64,000 nt of DNA from assembly GCA_051362555.1 (NCBI GenBank), contig JBPQGU010000013.1, positions 186,001 through 250,000 on the forward strand. Reading direction: 5' to 3'. The stretch comes from Lingula anatina. Lineage: Eukaryota > Animalia > Brachiopoda. Under the pieces are notes generated by a model. That model was not told the DNA's origin, did no database searches, and saw nothing but the letters and a program-made list of their open reading frames with translations. Shown one piece after another: positions 21,843-33,762 of this stretch (the stretch's first letter is position 1; every line of letters starts with the position of its first letter). The position numbers and the translations under genes were made by a program.

Positions 21843-21937
21843 TTTTTGTGTGAAATGATGCAAGAGCACCCTTTTATGGCCTGTGCTGCTCTAAATTTAG
21901 AAACTAAGCCAAAAGTGAACAGTTGTCACTTTTCCTG

Positions 21938-21941
21938 TTCA
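21938..21941. other. Empty junction: LTDR absent, single TTCA
   Basis: CCTG-TTCA-CACAAACC. Confidence 0.9.
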
Positions 21942-22640
21942 CACAAACCACCCCCCCTGTTCTTACCTTCTGACACCAAAAATTAAAACCTTAATACACT
22001 GCCAACTGCTCCGCCCAATATGACTGAGAACGGTCTCTTGATGACTGAGCCCTGTCAAGTTGAAAATGTGGTTGCTGTATCGGCCACTCTAGCCAACATT
22101 GCACCTGGTGAGAAAGCATAATTTCATGAGTGATAAAAAGTTAAATGTACATTTCTGTGCCTGAATTTGTTTCAATTGTTTTGAAATTTGGACACCTTAT
22201 GCTGGACAGGTGTGAAAATCTGAGATAAGCATCTTAACTGGTTGGGCCTAGTTTAAGTGCACTTTGTTGAGAAATAAAATGTGAAAAGTGGAAAATTACT
22301 AATAAAAATATTTTAAAATATCTAAAAATTACTTAAACTCAAGTGCAAGGTTAATTGTCACAACTGTTGTTTATGTTTGTTTGTGTTTGTTGTGAGGATA
22401 CAGGAAATGAGCTTCTTGTCCCTCCCTGCAGAACAATACTCACTGCTAAGCTGTATACCCCCCTCCTGCACTGGGGCCATGCAGTTTGCTGTTTACAGGA
22501 AACCCCACTACCAATCACTGTTCATACCTTTTGTTGTAATGTATCCTGCTTTCCTGCACACCTGGGAGAGACAATGGGCAGCTGATGCTATAAAATGCCC
22601 TGTCTCTGCCTCTGGACTCAGAAGTCACTTTCTATCCACC

Positions 22641-24563
22641 ATGCCGTACGGTAAAGGTAGCTGGAAAAAACGAAGAAAAAGTGTATTTGTGAAGGGACAC
22701 AAGCTATACCATGCAAGACAGAAGTCTGACCAGCCTCCAGAGCCTATTGTGAGAAGATACATCAGACCCAGCCAAGAGTTGTACCAGGCAGCCTCCTCTC
22801 CACCCCCTGTCGGGCCGCCAGCAACCCTCAGCAGCAACCCTGATGCACCCGTCATCCTCAGACCTAGGAGGGCCCAGTCAGAGAGTTTGTCCAGCAGCCA
22901 GCCCCAACCCCCAGATGATGAATACAAGTTGGTTTCACCAGAAAAAATTGTCAATCTGGTCAACAAAGTCTTGTCAGAGCATACAGCTGAGTGCACTGGC
23001 TCAATGGTTTGGGACAGAGAGGCAGAAAGCAAGTGGGGAGTGGCTTGGTCAATGGGACTAAAATGTGACACGTGTCAGTACAGGACAGGGAAACAGAAAT
23101 TGTACAATGAAGTCGAGAGCAAGCAGCGTGGCAGGAGAGCAGCAACGGTGAATGCAGGCTTGCAAGTAGGCCTGTCACAAAACATGATCTCCAACACGGC
23201 CATGAGGCAGATTCTAATGGCGACCAATGTGACCCCGCCCAGTGCATCATCCATGCAAAAGCAAGCAAATAAAGTCGGTGCTGCTATAACCAAGCTTAAC
23301 AAAGCTGACATGCAACAGCGCCGTGAGAATCTACGCCGCATTCAAGATCTGAGAGGGTGTGAAGGACAGCCCATAGCAGTGGAAGGAGATGGCAGATATA
23401 ATAATAGTCTGTTTAGTGGAGGGAACAAAACACCATACCAGCCAGCCACTCAGACTGTATACACCGTTGCAGAAAATGTAACCAGCAAAAAAGACATCAT
23501 TGGTGTTTACACCGGAAACAAGTTATGCCACACAGCTCACCTGCTTAAAAGTAGAGGGGAAGATGTATCCTGTCCAGAGCACAGTGGTATCTGCACGGCG
23601 AATCTACGGGAAGACGACAGTATTGGAGACGAGAAACGTGCCATGCAGCAGATCCTCGAGGAAATTTCTGGAGAGGTCACAGTTGGTGCCTTGACCACTG
23701 ATGGTGATAGCCGAGCCCACTCTGCATGTGATGATGTCGAAAGTCTTCGGGACACGCGCCACTTCAGTAAAGCTCTGAAAAAGCAAATTGAAAAAGCACC
23801 ATTTTCCGGTCAAGTTTTCCCAGGGAAAACAAAGTACTCCAGAGACAAGATGCAGAAACGCTTTGCTCAGTGCATAGCAATGCGCTGTTATGCTGAATTC
23901 GATGCCTGCTATAAAGCAAATAAAGGGGACATAGAATTGATTAAAAGAGCACTGAGTTATGTCACTGACTCTATAATTAGTTGTTACAACGGTGATTGTG
24001 AAAACTGCTTAAAGTATTCTTATGTATGCAAAGGTGGCACGGAAACTATTTTCCCTGAGAAAGGCAAACTAGACTTTAGCAACTCTGAAGATGTGCACAT
24101 CTTAAGACAGTGCCTAAATTATAGACTGGGCCCAAGGGCAATTGAATCAACAAAACTTAATACCAACACACAAAAAGTGGAGTCTTTAAACCGGACATTT
24201 CAGAAAACTAATAATAAAGTTGTCACCTTTTCACGGAACTTCGAAGGCAGGATTCACAGTGCAGTTCACTTGAGGAATAATGGACTTAAGCAATCCACTT
24301 TGTGTAAGATGGCCTCTGTTGGTGTTAGGCCCACTTCTTCAGTTGTTAAATATCTGGAGAAAGATGAAAAACAGATGAAAATGAGAGTAAATCACAAAAA
24401 GACAGTTGCATTTAAGTTAAGAGCTAGACAGAGAATCCTTAGCCGTTACAGAAGATATGACAGATCTAAAGCATTGAAAAGTAATAATGACTACAGAAGA
24501 TGCATATCTATGCCAAAACTTGTAATTCCTGATCATAGCTATTCAAAGAGAGCATGTAATTAA
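22641..24563 (+). CDS. Kolobok-type DDD/E transposase, copy 7
   Basis: Protein identical to copy 2 (frame open from 22377). Confidence 0.87.
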   Translation: MPYGKGSWKKRRKSVFVKGHKLYHARQKSDQPPEPIVRRYIRPSQELYQAASSPPPVGPPATLSSNPDAPVILRPRRAQSESLSSSQPQPPDDEYKLVSPEKIVNLVNKVLSEHTAECTGSMVWDREAESKWGVAWSMGLKCDTCQYRTGKQKLYNEVESKQRGRRAATVNAGLQVGLSQNMISNTAMRQILMATNVTPPSASSMQKQANKVGAAITKLNKADMQQRRENLRRIQDLRGCEGQPIAVEGDGRYNNSLFSGGNKTPYQPATQTVYTVAENVTSKKDIIGVYTGNKLCHTAHLLKSRGEDVSCPEHSGICTANLREDDSIGDEKRAMQQILEEISGEVTVGALTTDGDSRAHSACDDVESLRDTRHFSKALKKQIEKAPFSGQVFPGKTKYSRDKMQKRFAQCIAMRCYAEFDACYKANKGDIELIKRALSYVTDSIISCYNGDCENCLKYSYVCKGGTETIFPEKGKLDFSNSEDVHILRQCLNYRLGPRAIESTKLNTNTQKVESLNRTFQKTNNKVVTFSRNFEGRIHSAVHLRNNGLKQSTLCKMASVGVRPTSSVVKYLEKDEKQMKMRVNHKKTVAFKLRARQRILSRYRRYDRSKALKSNNDYRRCISMPKLVIPDHSYSKRACN

Positions 24564-24721
24564 AATAAAAATGTATGATTTTAAGATACTACTCTGTAAT
24601 AAACTGGTTGTGAAATATGAAAAAAAGTTTGTTGGTCTTTCTTCTAGTCTTAAAACTTATAAATATAATTGAGAAATCTATAAATTAAGTAAATGTAAAT
24701 TTAATAATAATAACAATAATA

Positions 24722-25087
24722 TTAATAATTATCATGTACACAATTTGGCCCCCGTCTGTGTCTGAGGCACCTGCCCACATTACGACAATGTAATCTGTTA
24801 TTGTTGATTCATTGAGGCTCTGCTGTGAGATGATCGGGGTTACAGCACAGACCGACTCCACACGGGTGGAATGTGTAAAACCCTCTCCTAAGCATAAATG
24901 CCACCCTGTGCACTCCAACAGTAACAGAGTGTCTAGCCCCAGGAAATGTAACCCTCCATAACCCATAACGGGCCCCACTGGAACAACTGGTGCCCCCAGT
25001 CCACAGCCAACAGTATCCCTCCTGTGTGTTATGCAATTTTGCATGTAATTTCGCAAGATATACATCCTAGAACTGGTCATTAGCCAT
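24722..25087 (-). pseudogene. His-Me finger endonuclease with two stops, copy 7
   Basis: Same sequence as 3851-4216. Confidence 0.85.
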
Positions 25088-25186
25088 TTTTTGTGTGAAA
25101 TGATGCAAGAGCACCCTTTTATGGCCTGTGCTGCTCTAAATTTAGAAACTAAGCCAAAAGTGAACAGTTGTCACTTTTCCTGTTCA

Positions 25187-25644
25187 GGGGAGAAACCACC
25201 AAAATATTTCCCATTGACGACCATACTAAGAAATGCCTGCAAAACTGCATAAAGAAAATAACTCTGGGAAACATTTCCCATCTCCATGGACAGCAGACAC
25301 ACTGACATAACTCCAAATGGCAAAAAAATATACTGTCATCAACTCCGCTGTCTTACCGGCATCACTTGAACATGTGCACCCCTCTGTTTGTAAACAAACC
25401 ACTGCACCACTCACAGTCAGTAGACCCTTCCGCCAGAGGTCTCACGACTGCACTGCACCTGTGCCTGGTCCTGAAAAAAAAACTGGCAGTAGTTAACACC
25501 CTACTCTGCTAGTTGATACCAAAATTAACCCTAGCAACACACAAGAAATGCCAGGAAAAAAATGGAAAAAAGCACTCATTTTTTCTCACTGAACTATATT
25601 CGTCTATAACAGGTGCTGATTGGTTGATTTGGAGGTTTCTGCCC
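25187..25644. mobile_element. 458-bp LTDR module, junction type B (perfect TTCA direct repeat on both sides)
   Basis: TTCA|GGGG...GCCC|TTCA; unit length 3707. Confidence 0.88.
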
Positions 25645-26347
25645 TTCACACAAACCACCCCCCCTGTTCTTACCTTCTGACACCAAAAATTAAAACCTTA
25701 ATACACTGCCAACTGCTCCGCCCAATATGACTGAGAACGGTCTCTTGATGACTGAGCCCTGTCAAGTTGAAAATGTGGTTGCTGTATCGGCCACTCTAGC
25801 CAACATTGCACCTGGTGAGAAAGCATAATTTCATGAGTGATAAAAAGTTAAATGTACATTTCTGTGCCTGAATTTGTTTCAATTGTTTTGAAATTTGGAC
25901 ACCTTATGCTGGACAGGTGTGAAAATCTGAGATAAGCATCTTAACTGGTTGGGCCTAGTTTAAGTGCACTTTGTTGAGAAATAAAATGTGAAAAGTGGAA
26001 AATTACTAATAAAAATATTTTAAAATATCTAAAAATTACTTAAACTCAAGTGCAAGGTTAATTGTCACAACTGTTGTTTATGTTTGTTTGTGTTTGTTGT
26101 GAGGATACAGGAAATGAGCTTCTTGTCCCTCCCTGCAGAACAATACTCACTGCTAAGCTGTATACCCCCCTCCTGCACTGGGGCCATGCAGTTTGCTGTT
26201 TACAGGAAACCCCACTACCAATCACTGTTCATACCTTTTGTTGTAATGTATCCTGCTTTCCTGCACACCTGGGAGAGACAATGGGCAGCTGATGCTATAA
26301 AATGCCCTGTCTCTGCCTCTGGACTCAGAAGTCACTTTCTATCCACC

Positions 26348-28270
26348 ATGCCGTACGGTAAAGGTAGCTGGAAAAAACGAAGAAAAAGTGTATTTGTGAA
26401 GGGACACAAGCTATACCATGCAAGACAGAAGTCTGACCAGCCTCCAGAGCCTATTGTGAGAAGATACATCAGACCCAGCCAAGAGTTGTACCAGGCAGCC
26501 TCCTCTCCACCCCCTGTCGGGCCGCCAGCAACCCTCAGCAGCAACCCTGATGCACCCGTCATCCTCAGACCTAGGAGGGCCCAGTCAGAGAGTTTGTCCA
26601 GCAGCCAGCCCCAACCCCCAGATGATGAATACAAGTTGGTTTCACCAGAAAAAATTGTCAATCTGGTCAACAAAGTCTTGTCAGAGCATACAGCTGAGTG
26701 CACTGGCTCAATGGTTTGGGACAGAGAGGCAGAAAGCAAGTGGGGAGTGGCTTGGTCAATGGGACTAAAATGTGACACGTGTCAGTACAGGACAGGGAAA
26801 CAGAAATTGTACAATGAAGTCGAGAGCAAGCAGCGTGGCAGGAGAGCAGCAACGGTGAATGCAGGCTTGCAAGTAGGCCTGTCACAAAACATGATCTCCA
26901 ACACGGCCATGAGGCAGATTCTAATGGCGACCAATGTGACCCCGCCCAGTGCATCATCCATGCAAAAGCAAGCAAATAAAGTCGGTGCTGCTATAACCAA
27001 GCTTAACAAAGCTGACATGCAACAGCGCCGTGAGAATCTACGCCGCATTCAAGATCTGAGAGGGTGTGAAGGACAGCCCATAGCAGTGGAAGGAGATGGC
27101 AGATATAATAATAGTCTGTTTAGTGGAGGGAACAAAACACCATACCAGCCAGCCACTCAGACTGTATACACCGTTGCAGAAAATGTAACCAGCAAAAAAG
27201 ACATCATTGGTGTTTACACCGGAAACAAGTTATGCCACACAGCTCACCTGCTTAAAAGTAGAGGGGAAGATGTATCCTGTCCAGAGCACAGTGGTATCTG
27301 CACGGCGAATCTACGGGAAGACGACAGTATTGGAGACGAGAAACGTGCCATGCAGCAGATCCTCGAGGAAATTTCTGGAGAGGTCACAGTTGGTGCCTTG
27401 ACCACTGATGGTGATAGCCGAGCCCACTCTGCATGTGATGATGTCGAAAGTCTTCGGGACACGCGCCACTTCAGTAAAGCTCTGAAAAAGCAAATTGAAA
27501 AAGCACCATTTTCCGGTCAAGTTTTCCCAGGGAAAACAAAGTACTCCAGAGACAAGATGCAGAAACGCTTTGCTCAGTGCATAGCAATGCGCTGTTATGC
27601 TGAATTCGATGCCTGCTATAAAGCAAATAAAGGGGACATAGAATTGATTAAAAGAGCACTGAGTTATGTCACTGACTCTATAATTAGTTGTTACAACGGT
27701 GATTGTGAAAACTGCTTAAAGTATTCTTATGTATGCAAAGGTGGCACGGAAACTATTTTCCCTGAGAAAGGCAAACTAGACTTTAGCAACTCTGAAGATG
27801 TGCACATCTTAAGACAGTGCCTAAATTATAGACTGGGCCCAAGGGCAATTGAATCAACAAAACTTAATACCAACACACAAAAAGTGGAGTCTTTAAACCG
27901 GACATTTCAGAAAACTAATAATAAAGTTGTCACCTTTTCACGGAACTTCGAAGGCAGGATTCACAGTGCAGTTCACTTGAGGAATAATGGACTTAAGCAA
28001 TCCACTTTGTGTAAGATGGCCTCTGTTGGTGTTAGGCCCACTTCTTCAGTTGTTAAATATCTGGAGAAAGATGAAAAACAGATGAAAATGAGAGTAAATC
28101 ACAAAAAGACAGTTGCATTTAAGTTAAGAGCTAGACAGAGAATCCTTAGCCGTTACAGAAGATATGACAGATCTAAAGCATTGAAAAGTAATAATGACTA
28201 CAGAAGATGCATATCTATGCCAAAACTTGTAATTCCTGATCATAGCTATTCAAAGAGAGCATGTAATTAA
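26348..28270 (+). CDS. Kolobok-type DDD/E transposase, copy 8
   Basis: Protein identical to copy 2 (frame open from 26084). Confidence 0.87.
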   Translation: MPYGKGSWKKRRKSVFVKGHKLYHARQKSDQPPEPIVRRYIRPSQELYQAASSPPPVGPPATLSSNPDAPVILRPRRAQSESLSSSQPQPPDDEYKLVSPEKIVNLVNKVLSEHTAECTGSMVWDREAESKWGVAWSMGLKCDTCQYRTGKQKLYNEVESKQRGRRAATVNAGLQVGLSQNMISNTAMRQILMATNVTPPSASSMQKQANKVGAAITKLNKADMQQRRENLRRIQDLRGCEGQPIAVEGDGRYNNSLFSGGNKTPYQPATQTVYTVAENVTSKKDIIGVYTGNKLCHTAHLLKSRGEDVSCPEHSGICTANLREDDSIGDEKRAMQQILEEISGEVTVGALTTDGDSRAHSACDDVESLRDTRHFSKALKKQIEKAPFSGQVFPGKTKYSRDKMQKRFAQCIAMRCYAEFDACYKANKGDIELIKRALSYVTDSIISCYNGDCENCLKYSYVCKGGTETIFPEKGKLDFSNSEDVHILRQCLNYRLGPRAIESTKLNTNTQKVESLNRTFQKTNNKVVTFSRNFEGRIHSAVHLRNNGLKQSTLCKMASVGVRPTSSVVKYLEKDEKQMKMRVNHKKTVAFKLRARQRILSRYRRYDRSKALKSNNDYRRCISMPKLVIPDHSYSKRACN

Positions 28271-28428
28271 AATAAAAATGTATGATTTTAAGATACTACT
28301 CTGTAATAAACTGGTTGTGAAATATGAAAAAAAGTTTGTTGGTCTTTCTTCTAGTCTTAAAACTTATAAATATAATTGAGAAATCTATAAATTAAGTAAA
28401 TGTAAATTTAATAATAATAACAATAATA

Positions 28429-28794
28429 TTAATAATTATCATGTACACAATTTGGCCCCCGTCTGTGTCTGAGGCACCTGCCCACATTACGACAATGTAA
28501 TCTGTTATTGTTGATTCATTGAGGCTCTGCTGTGAGATGATCGGGGTTACAGCACAGACCGACTCCACACGGGTGGAATGTGTAAAACCCTCTCCTAAGC
28601 ATAAATGCCACCCTGTGCACTCCAACAGTAACAGAGTGTCTAGCCCCAGGAAATGTAACCCTCCATAACCCATAACGGGCCCCACTGGAACAACTGGTGC
28701 CCCCAGTCCACAGCCAACAGTATCCCTCCTGTGTGTTATGCAATTTTGCATGTAATTTCGCAAGATATACATCCTAGAACTGGTCATTAGCCAT
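28429..28794 (-). pseudogene. His-Me finger endonuclease with two stops, copy 8
   Basis: Same sequence as 3851-4216. Confidence 0.85.
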
Positions 28795-28893
28795 TTTTTG
28801 TGTGAAATGATGCAAGAGCACCCTTTTATGGCCTGTGCTGCTCTAAATTTAGAAACTAAGCCAAAAGTGAACAGTTGTCACTTTTCCTGTTCA

Positions 28894-29351
28894 GGGGAGA
28901 AACCACCAAAATATTTCCCATTGACGACCATACTAAGAAATGCCTGCAAAACTGCATAAAGAAAATAACTCTGGGAAACATTTCCCATCTCCATGGACAG
29001 CAGACACACTGACATAACTCCAAATGGCAAAAAAATATACTGTCATCAACTCCGCTGTCTTACCGGCATCACTTGAACATGTGCACCCCTCTGTTTGTAA
29101 ACAAACCACTGCACCACTCACAGTCAGTAGACCCTTCCGCCAGAGGTCTCACGACTGCACTGCACCTGTGCCTGGTCCTGAAAAAAAAACTGGCAGTAGT
29201 TAACACCCTACTCTGCTAGTTGATACCAAAATTAACCCTAGCAACACACAAGAAATGCCAGGAAAAAAATGGAAAAAAGCACTCATTTTTTCTCACTGAA
29301 CTATATTCGTCTATAACAGGTGCTGATTGGTTGATTTGGAGGTTTCTGCCC
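28894..29351. mobile_element. 458-bp LTDR module, junction type B
   Basis: TTCA|GGGG...GCCC|TTCA. Confidence 0.88.
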
Positions 29352-30054
29352 TTCACACAAACCACCCCCCCTGTTCTTACCTTCTGACACCAAAAATTAA
29401 AACCTTAATACACTGCCAACTGCTCCGCCCAATATGACTGAGAACGGTCTCTTGATGACTGAGCCCTGTCAAGTTGAAAATGTGGTTGCTGTATCGGCCA
29501 CTCTAGCCAACATTGCACCTGGTGAGAAAGCATAATTTCATGAGTGATAAAAAGTTAAATGTACATTTCTGTGCCTGAATTTGTTTCAATTGTTTTGAAA
29601 TTTGGACACCTTATGCTGGACAGGTGTGAAAATCTGAGATAAGCATCTTAACTGGTTGGGCCTAGTTTAAGTGCACTTTGTTGAGAAATAAAATGTGAAA
29701 AGTGGAAAATTACTAATAAAAATATTTTAAAATATCTAAAAATTACTTAAACTCAAGTGCAAGGTTAATTGTCACAACTGTTGTTTATGTTTGTTTGTGT
29801 TTGTTGTGAGGATACAGGAAATGAGCTTCTTGTCCCTCCCTGCAGAACAATACTCACTGCTAAGCTGTATACCCCCCTCCTGCACTGGGGCCATGCAGTT
29901 TGCTGTTTACAGGAAACCCCACTACCAATCACTGTTCATACCTTTTGTTGTAATGTATCCTGCTTTCCTGCACACCTGGGAGAGACAATGGGCAGCTGAT
30001 GCTATAAAATGCCCTGTCTCTGCCTCTGGACTCAGAAGTCACTTTCTATCCACC

Positions 30055-31977
30055 ATGCCGTACGGTAAAGGTAGCTGGAAAAAACGAAGAAAAAGTGTAT
30101 TTGTGAAGGGACACAAGCTATACCATGCAAGACAGAAGTCTGACCAGCCTCCAGAGCCTATTGTGAGAAGATACATCAGACCCAGCCAAGAGTTGTACCA
30201 GGCAGCCTCCTCTCCACCCCCTGTCGGGCCGCCAGCAACCCTCAGCAGCAACCCTGATGCACCCGTCATCCTCAGACCTAGGAGGGCCCAGTCAGAGAGT
30301 TTGTCCAGCAGCCAGCCCCAACCCCCAGATGATGAATACAAGTTGGTTTCACCAGAAAAAATTGTCAATCTGGTCAACAAAGTCTTGTCAGAGCATACAG
30401 CTGAGTGCACTGGCTCAATGGTTTGGGACAGAGAGGCAGAAAGCAAGTGGGGAGTGGCTTGGTCAATGGGACTAAAATGTGACACGTGTCAGTACAGGAC
30501 AGGGAAACAGAAATTGTACAATGAAGTCGAGAGCAAGCAGCGTGGCAGGAGAGCAGCAACGGTGAATGCAGGCTTGCAAGTAGGCCTGTCACAAAACATG
30601 ATCTCCAACACGGCCATGAGGCAGATTCTAATGGCGACCAATGTGACCCCGCCCAGTGCATCATCCATGCAAAAGCAAGCAAATAAAGTCGGTGCTGCTA
30701 TAACCAAGCTTAACAAAGCTGACATGCAACAGCGCCGTGAGAATCTACGCCGCATTCAAGATCTGAGAGGGTGTGAAGGACAGCCCATAGCAGTGGAAGG
30801 AGATGGCAGATATAATAATAGTCTGTTTAGTGGAGGGAACAAAACACCATACCAGCCAGCCACTCAGACTGTATACACCGTTGCAGAAAATGTAACCAGC
30901 AAAAAAGACATCATTGGTGTTTACACCGGAAACAAGTTATGCCACACAGCTCACCTGCTTAAAAGTAGAGGGGAAGATGTATCCTGTCCAGAGCACAGTG
31001 GTATCTGCACGGCGAATCTACGGGAAGACGACAGTATTGGAGACGAGAAACGTGCCATGCAGCAGATCCTCGAGGAAATTTCTGGAGAGGTCACAGTTGG
31101 TGCCTTGACCACTGATGGTGATAGCCGAGCCCACTCTGCATGTGATGATGTCGAAAGTCTTCGGGACACGCGCCACTTCAGTAAAGCTCTGAAAAAGCAA
31201 ATTGAAAAAGCACCATTTTCCGGTCAAGTTTTCCCAGGGAAAACAAAGTACTCCAGAGACAAGATGCAGAAACGCTTTGCTCAGTGCATAGCAATGCGCT
31301 GTTATGCTGAATTCGATGCCTGCTATAAAGCAAATAAAGGGGACATAGAATTGATTAAAAGAGCACTGAGTTATGTCACTGACTCTATAATTAGTTGTTA
31401 CAACGGTGATTGTGAAAACTGCTTAAAGTATTCTTATGTATGCAAAGGTGGCACGGAAACTATTTTCCCTGAGAAAGGCAAACTAGACTTTAGCAACTCT
31501 GAAGATGTGCACATCTTAAGACAGTGCCTAAATTATAGACTGGGCCCAAGGGCAATTGAATCAACAAAACTTAATACCAACACACAAAAAGTGGAGTCTT
31601 TAAACCGGACATTTCAGAAAACTAATAATAAAGTTGTCACCTTTTCACGGAACTTCGAAGGCAGGATTCACAGTGCAGTTCACTTGAGGAATAATGGACT
31701 TAAGCAATCCACTTTGTGTAAGATGGCCTCTGTTGGTGTTAGGCCCACTTCTTCAGTTGTTAAATATCTGGAGAAAGATGAAAAACAGATGAAAATGAGA
31801 GTAAATCACAAAAAGACAGTTGCATTTAAGTTAAGAGCTAGACAGAGAATCCTTAGCCGTTACAGAAGATATGACAGATCTAAAGCATTGAAAAGTAATA
31901 ATGACTACAGAAGATGCATATCTATGCCAAAACTTGTAATTCCTGATCATAGCTATTCAAAGAGAGCATGTAATTAA
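30055..31977 (+). CDS. Kolobok-type DDD/E transposase, copy 9
   Basis: Protein identical to copy 2 (frame open from 29791). Confidence 0.87.
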   Translation: MPYGKGSWKKRRKSVFVKGHKLYHARQKSDQPPEPIVRRYIRPSQELYQAASSPPPVGPPATLSSNPDAPVILRPRRAQSESLSSSQPQPPDDEYKLVSPEKIVNLVNKVLSEHTAECTGSMVWDREAESKWGVAWSMGLKCDTCQYRTGKQKLYNEVESKQRGRRAATVNAGLQVGLSQNMISNTAMRQILMATNVTPPSASSMQKQANKVGAAITKLNKADMQQRRENLRRIQDLRGCEGQPIAVEGDGRYNNSLFSGGNKTPYQPATQTVYTVAENVTSKKDIIGVYTGNKLCHTAHLLKSRGEDVSCPEHSGICTANLREDDSIGDEKRAMQQILEEISGEVTVGALTTDGDSRAHSACDDVESLRDTRHFSKALKKQIEKAPFSGQVFPGKTKYSRDKMQKRFAQCIAMRCYAEFDACYKANKGDIELIKRALSYVTDSIISCYNGDCENCLKYSYVCKGGTETIFPEKGKLDFSNSEDVHILRQCLNYRLGPRAIESTKLNTNTQKVESLNRTFQKTNNKVVTFSRNFEGRIHSAVHLRNNGLKQSTLCKMASVGVRPTSSVVKYLEKDEKQMKMRVNHKKTVAFKLRARQRILSRYRRYDRSKALKSNNDYRRCISMPKLVIPDHSYSKRACN

Positions 31978-32135
31978 AATAAAAATGTATGATTTTAAGA
32001 TACTACTCTGTAATAAACTGGTTGTGAAATATGAAAAAAAGTTTGTTGGTCTTTCTTCTAGTCTTAAAACTTATAAATATAATTGAGAAATCTATAAATT
32101 AAGTAAATGTAAATTTAATAATAATAACAATAATA

Positions 32136-32501
32136 TTAATAATTATCATGTACACAATTTGGCCCCCGTCTGTGTCTGAGGCACCTGCCCACATTACGAC
32201 AATGTAATCTGTTATTGTTGATTCATTGAGGCTCTGCTGTGAGATGATCGGGGTTACAGCACAGACCGACTCCACACGGGTGGAATGTGTAAAACCCTCT
32301 CCTAAGCATAAATGCCACCCTGTGCACTCCAACAGTAACAGAGTGTCTAGCCCCAGGAAATGTAACCCTCCATAACCCATAACGGGCCCCACTGGAACAA
32401 CTGGTGCCCCCAGTCCACAGCCAACAGTATCCCTCCTGTGTGTTATGCAATTTTGCATGTAATTTCGCAAGATATACATCCTAGAACTGGTCATTAGCCA
32501 T
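32136..32501 (-). pseudogene. His-Me finger endonuclease with two stops, copy 9
   Basis: Same sequence as 3851-4216. Confidence 0.85.
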
Positions 32502-32600
32502 TTTTTGTGTGAAATGATGCAAGAGCACCCTTTTATGGCCTGTGCTGCTCTAAATTTAGAAACTAAGCCAAAAGTGAACAGTTGTCACTTTTCCTGTTCA

Positions 32601-33058
32601 GGGGAGAAACCACCAAAATATTTCCCATTGACGACCATACTAAGAAATGCCTGCAAAACTGCATAAAGAAAATAACTCTGGGAAACATTTCCCATCTCCA
32701 TGGACAGCAGACACACTGACATAACTCCAAATGGCAAAAAAATATACTGTCATCAACTCCGCTGTCTTACCGGCATCACTTGAACATGTGCACCCCTCTG
32801 TTTGTAAACAAACCACTGCACCACTCACAGTCAGTAGACCCTTCCGCCAGAGGTCTCACGACTGCACTGCACCTGTGCCTGGTCCTGAAAAAAAAACTGG
32901 CAGTAGTTAACACCCTACTCTGCTAGTTGATACCAAAATTAACCCTAGCAACACACAAGAAATGCCAGGAAAAAAATGGAAAAAAGCACTCATTTTTTCT
33001 CACTGAACTATATTCGTCTATAACAGGTGCTGATTGGTTGATTTGGAGGTTTCTGCCC
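32601..33058. mobile_element. 458-bp LTDR module, junction type B
   Basis: TTCA|GGGG...GCCC|TTCA. Confidence 0.88.
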
Positions 33059-33762
33059 TTCACACAAACCACCCCCCCCTGTTCTTACCTTCTGACACCA
33101 AAAATTAAAACCTTAATACACTGCCAACTGCTCCGCCCAATATGACTGAGAACGGTCTCTTGATGACTGAGCCCTGTCAAGTTGAAAATGTGGTTGCTGT
33201 ATCGGCCACTCTAGCCAACATTGCACCTGGTGAGAAAGCATAATTTCATGAGTGATAAAAAGTTAAATGTACATTTCTGTGCCTGAATTTGTTTCAATTG
33301 TTTTGAAATTTGGACACCTTATGCTGGACAGGTGTGAAAATCTGAGATAAGCATCTTAACTGGTTGGGCCTAGTTTAAGTGCACTTTGTTGAGAAATAAA
33401 ATGTGAAAAGTGGAAAATTACTAATAAAAATATTTTAAAATATCTAAAAATTACTTAAACTCAAGTGCAAGGTTAATTGTCACAACTGTTGTTTATGTTT
33501 GTTTGTGTTTGTTGTGAGGATACAGGAAATGAGCTTCTTGTCCCTCCCTGCAGAACAATACTCACTGCTAAGCTGTATACCCCCCTCCTGCACTGGGGCC
33601 ATGCAGTTTGCTGTTTACAGGAAACCCCACTACCAATCACTGTTCATACCTTTTGTTGTAATGTATCCTGCTTTCCTGCACACCTGGGAGAGACAATGGG
33701 CAGCTGATGCTATAAAATGCCCTGTCTCTGCCTCTGGACTCAGAAGTCACTTTCTATCCACC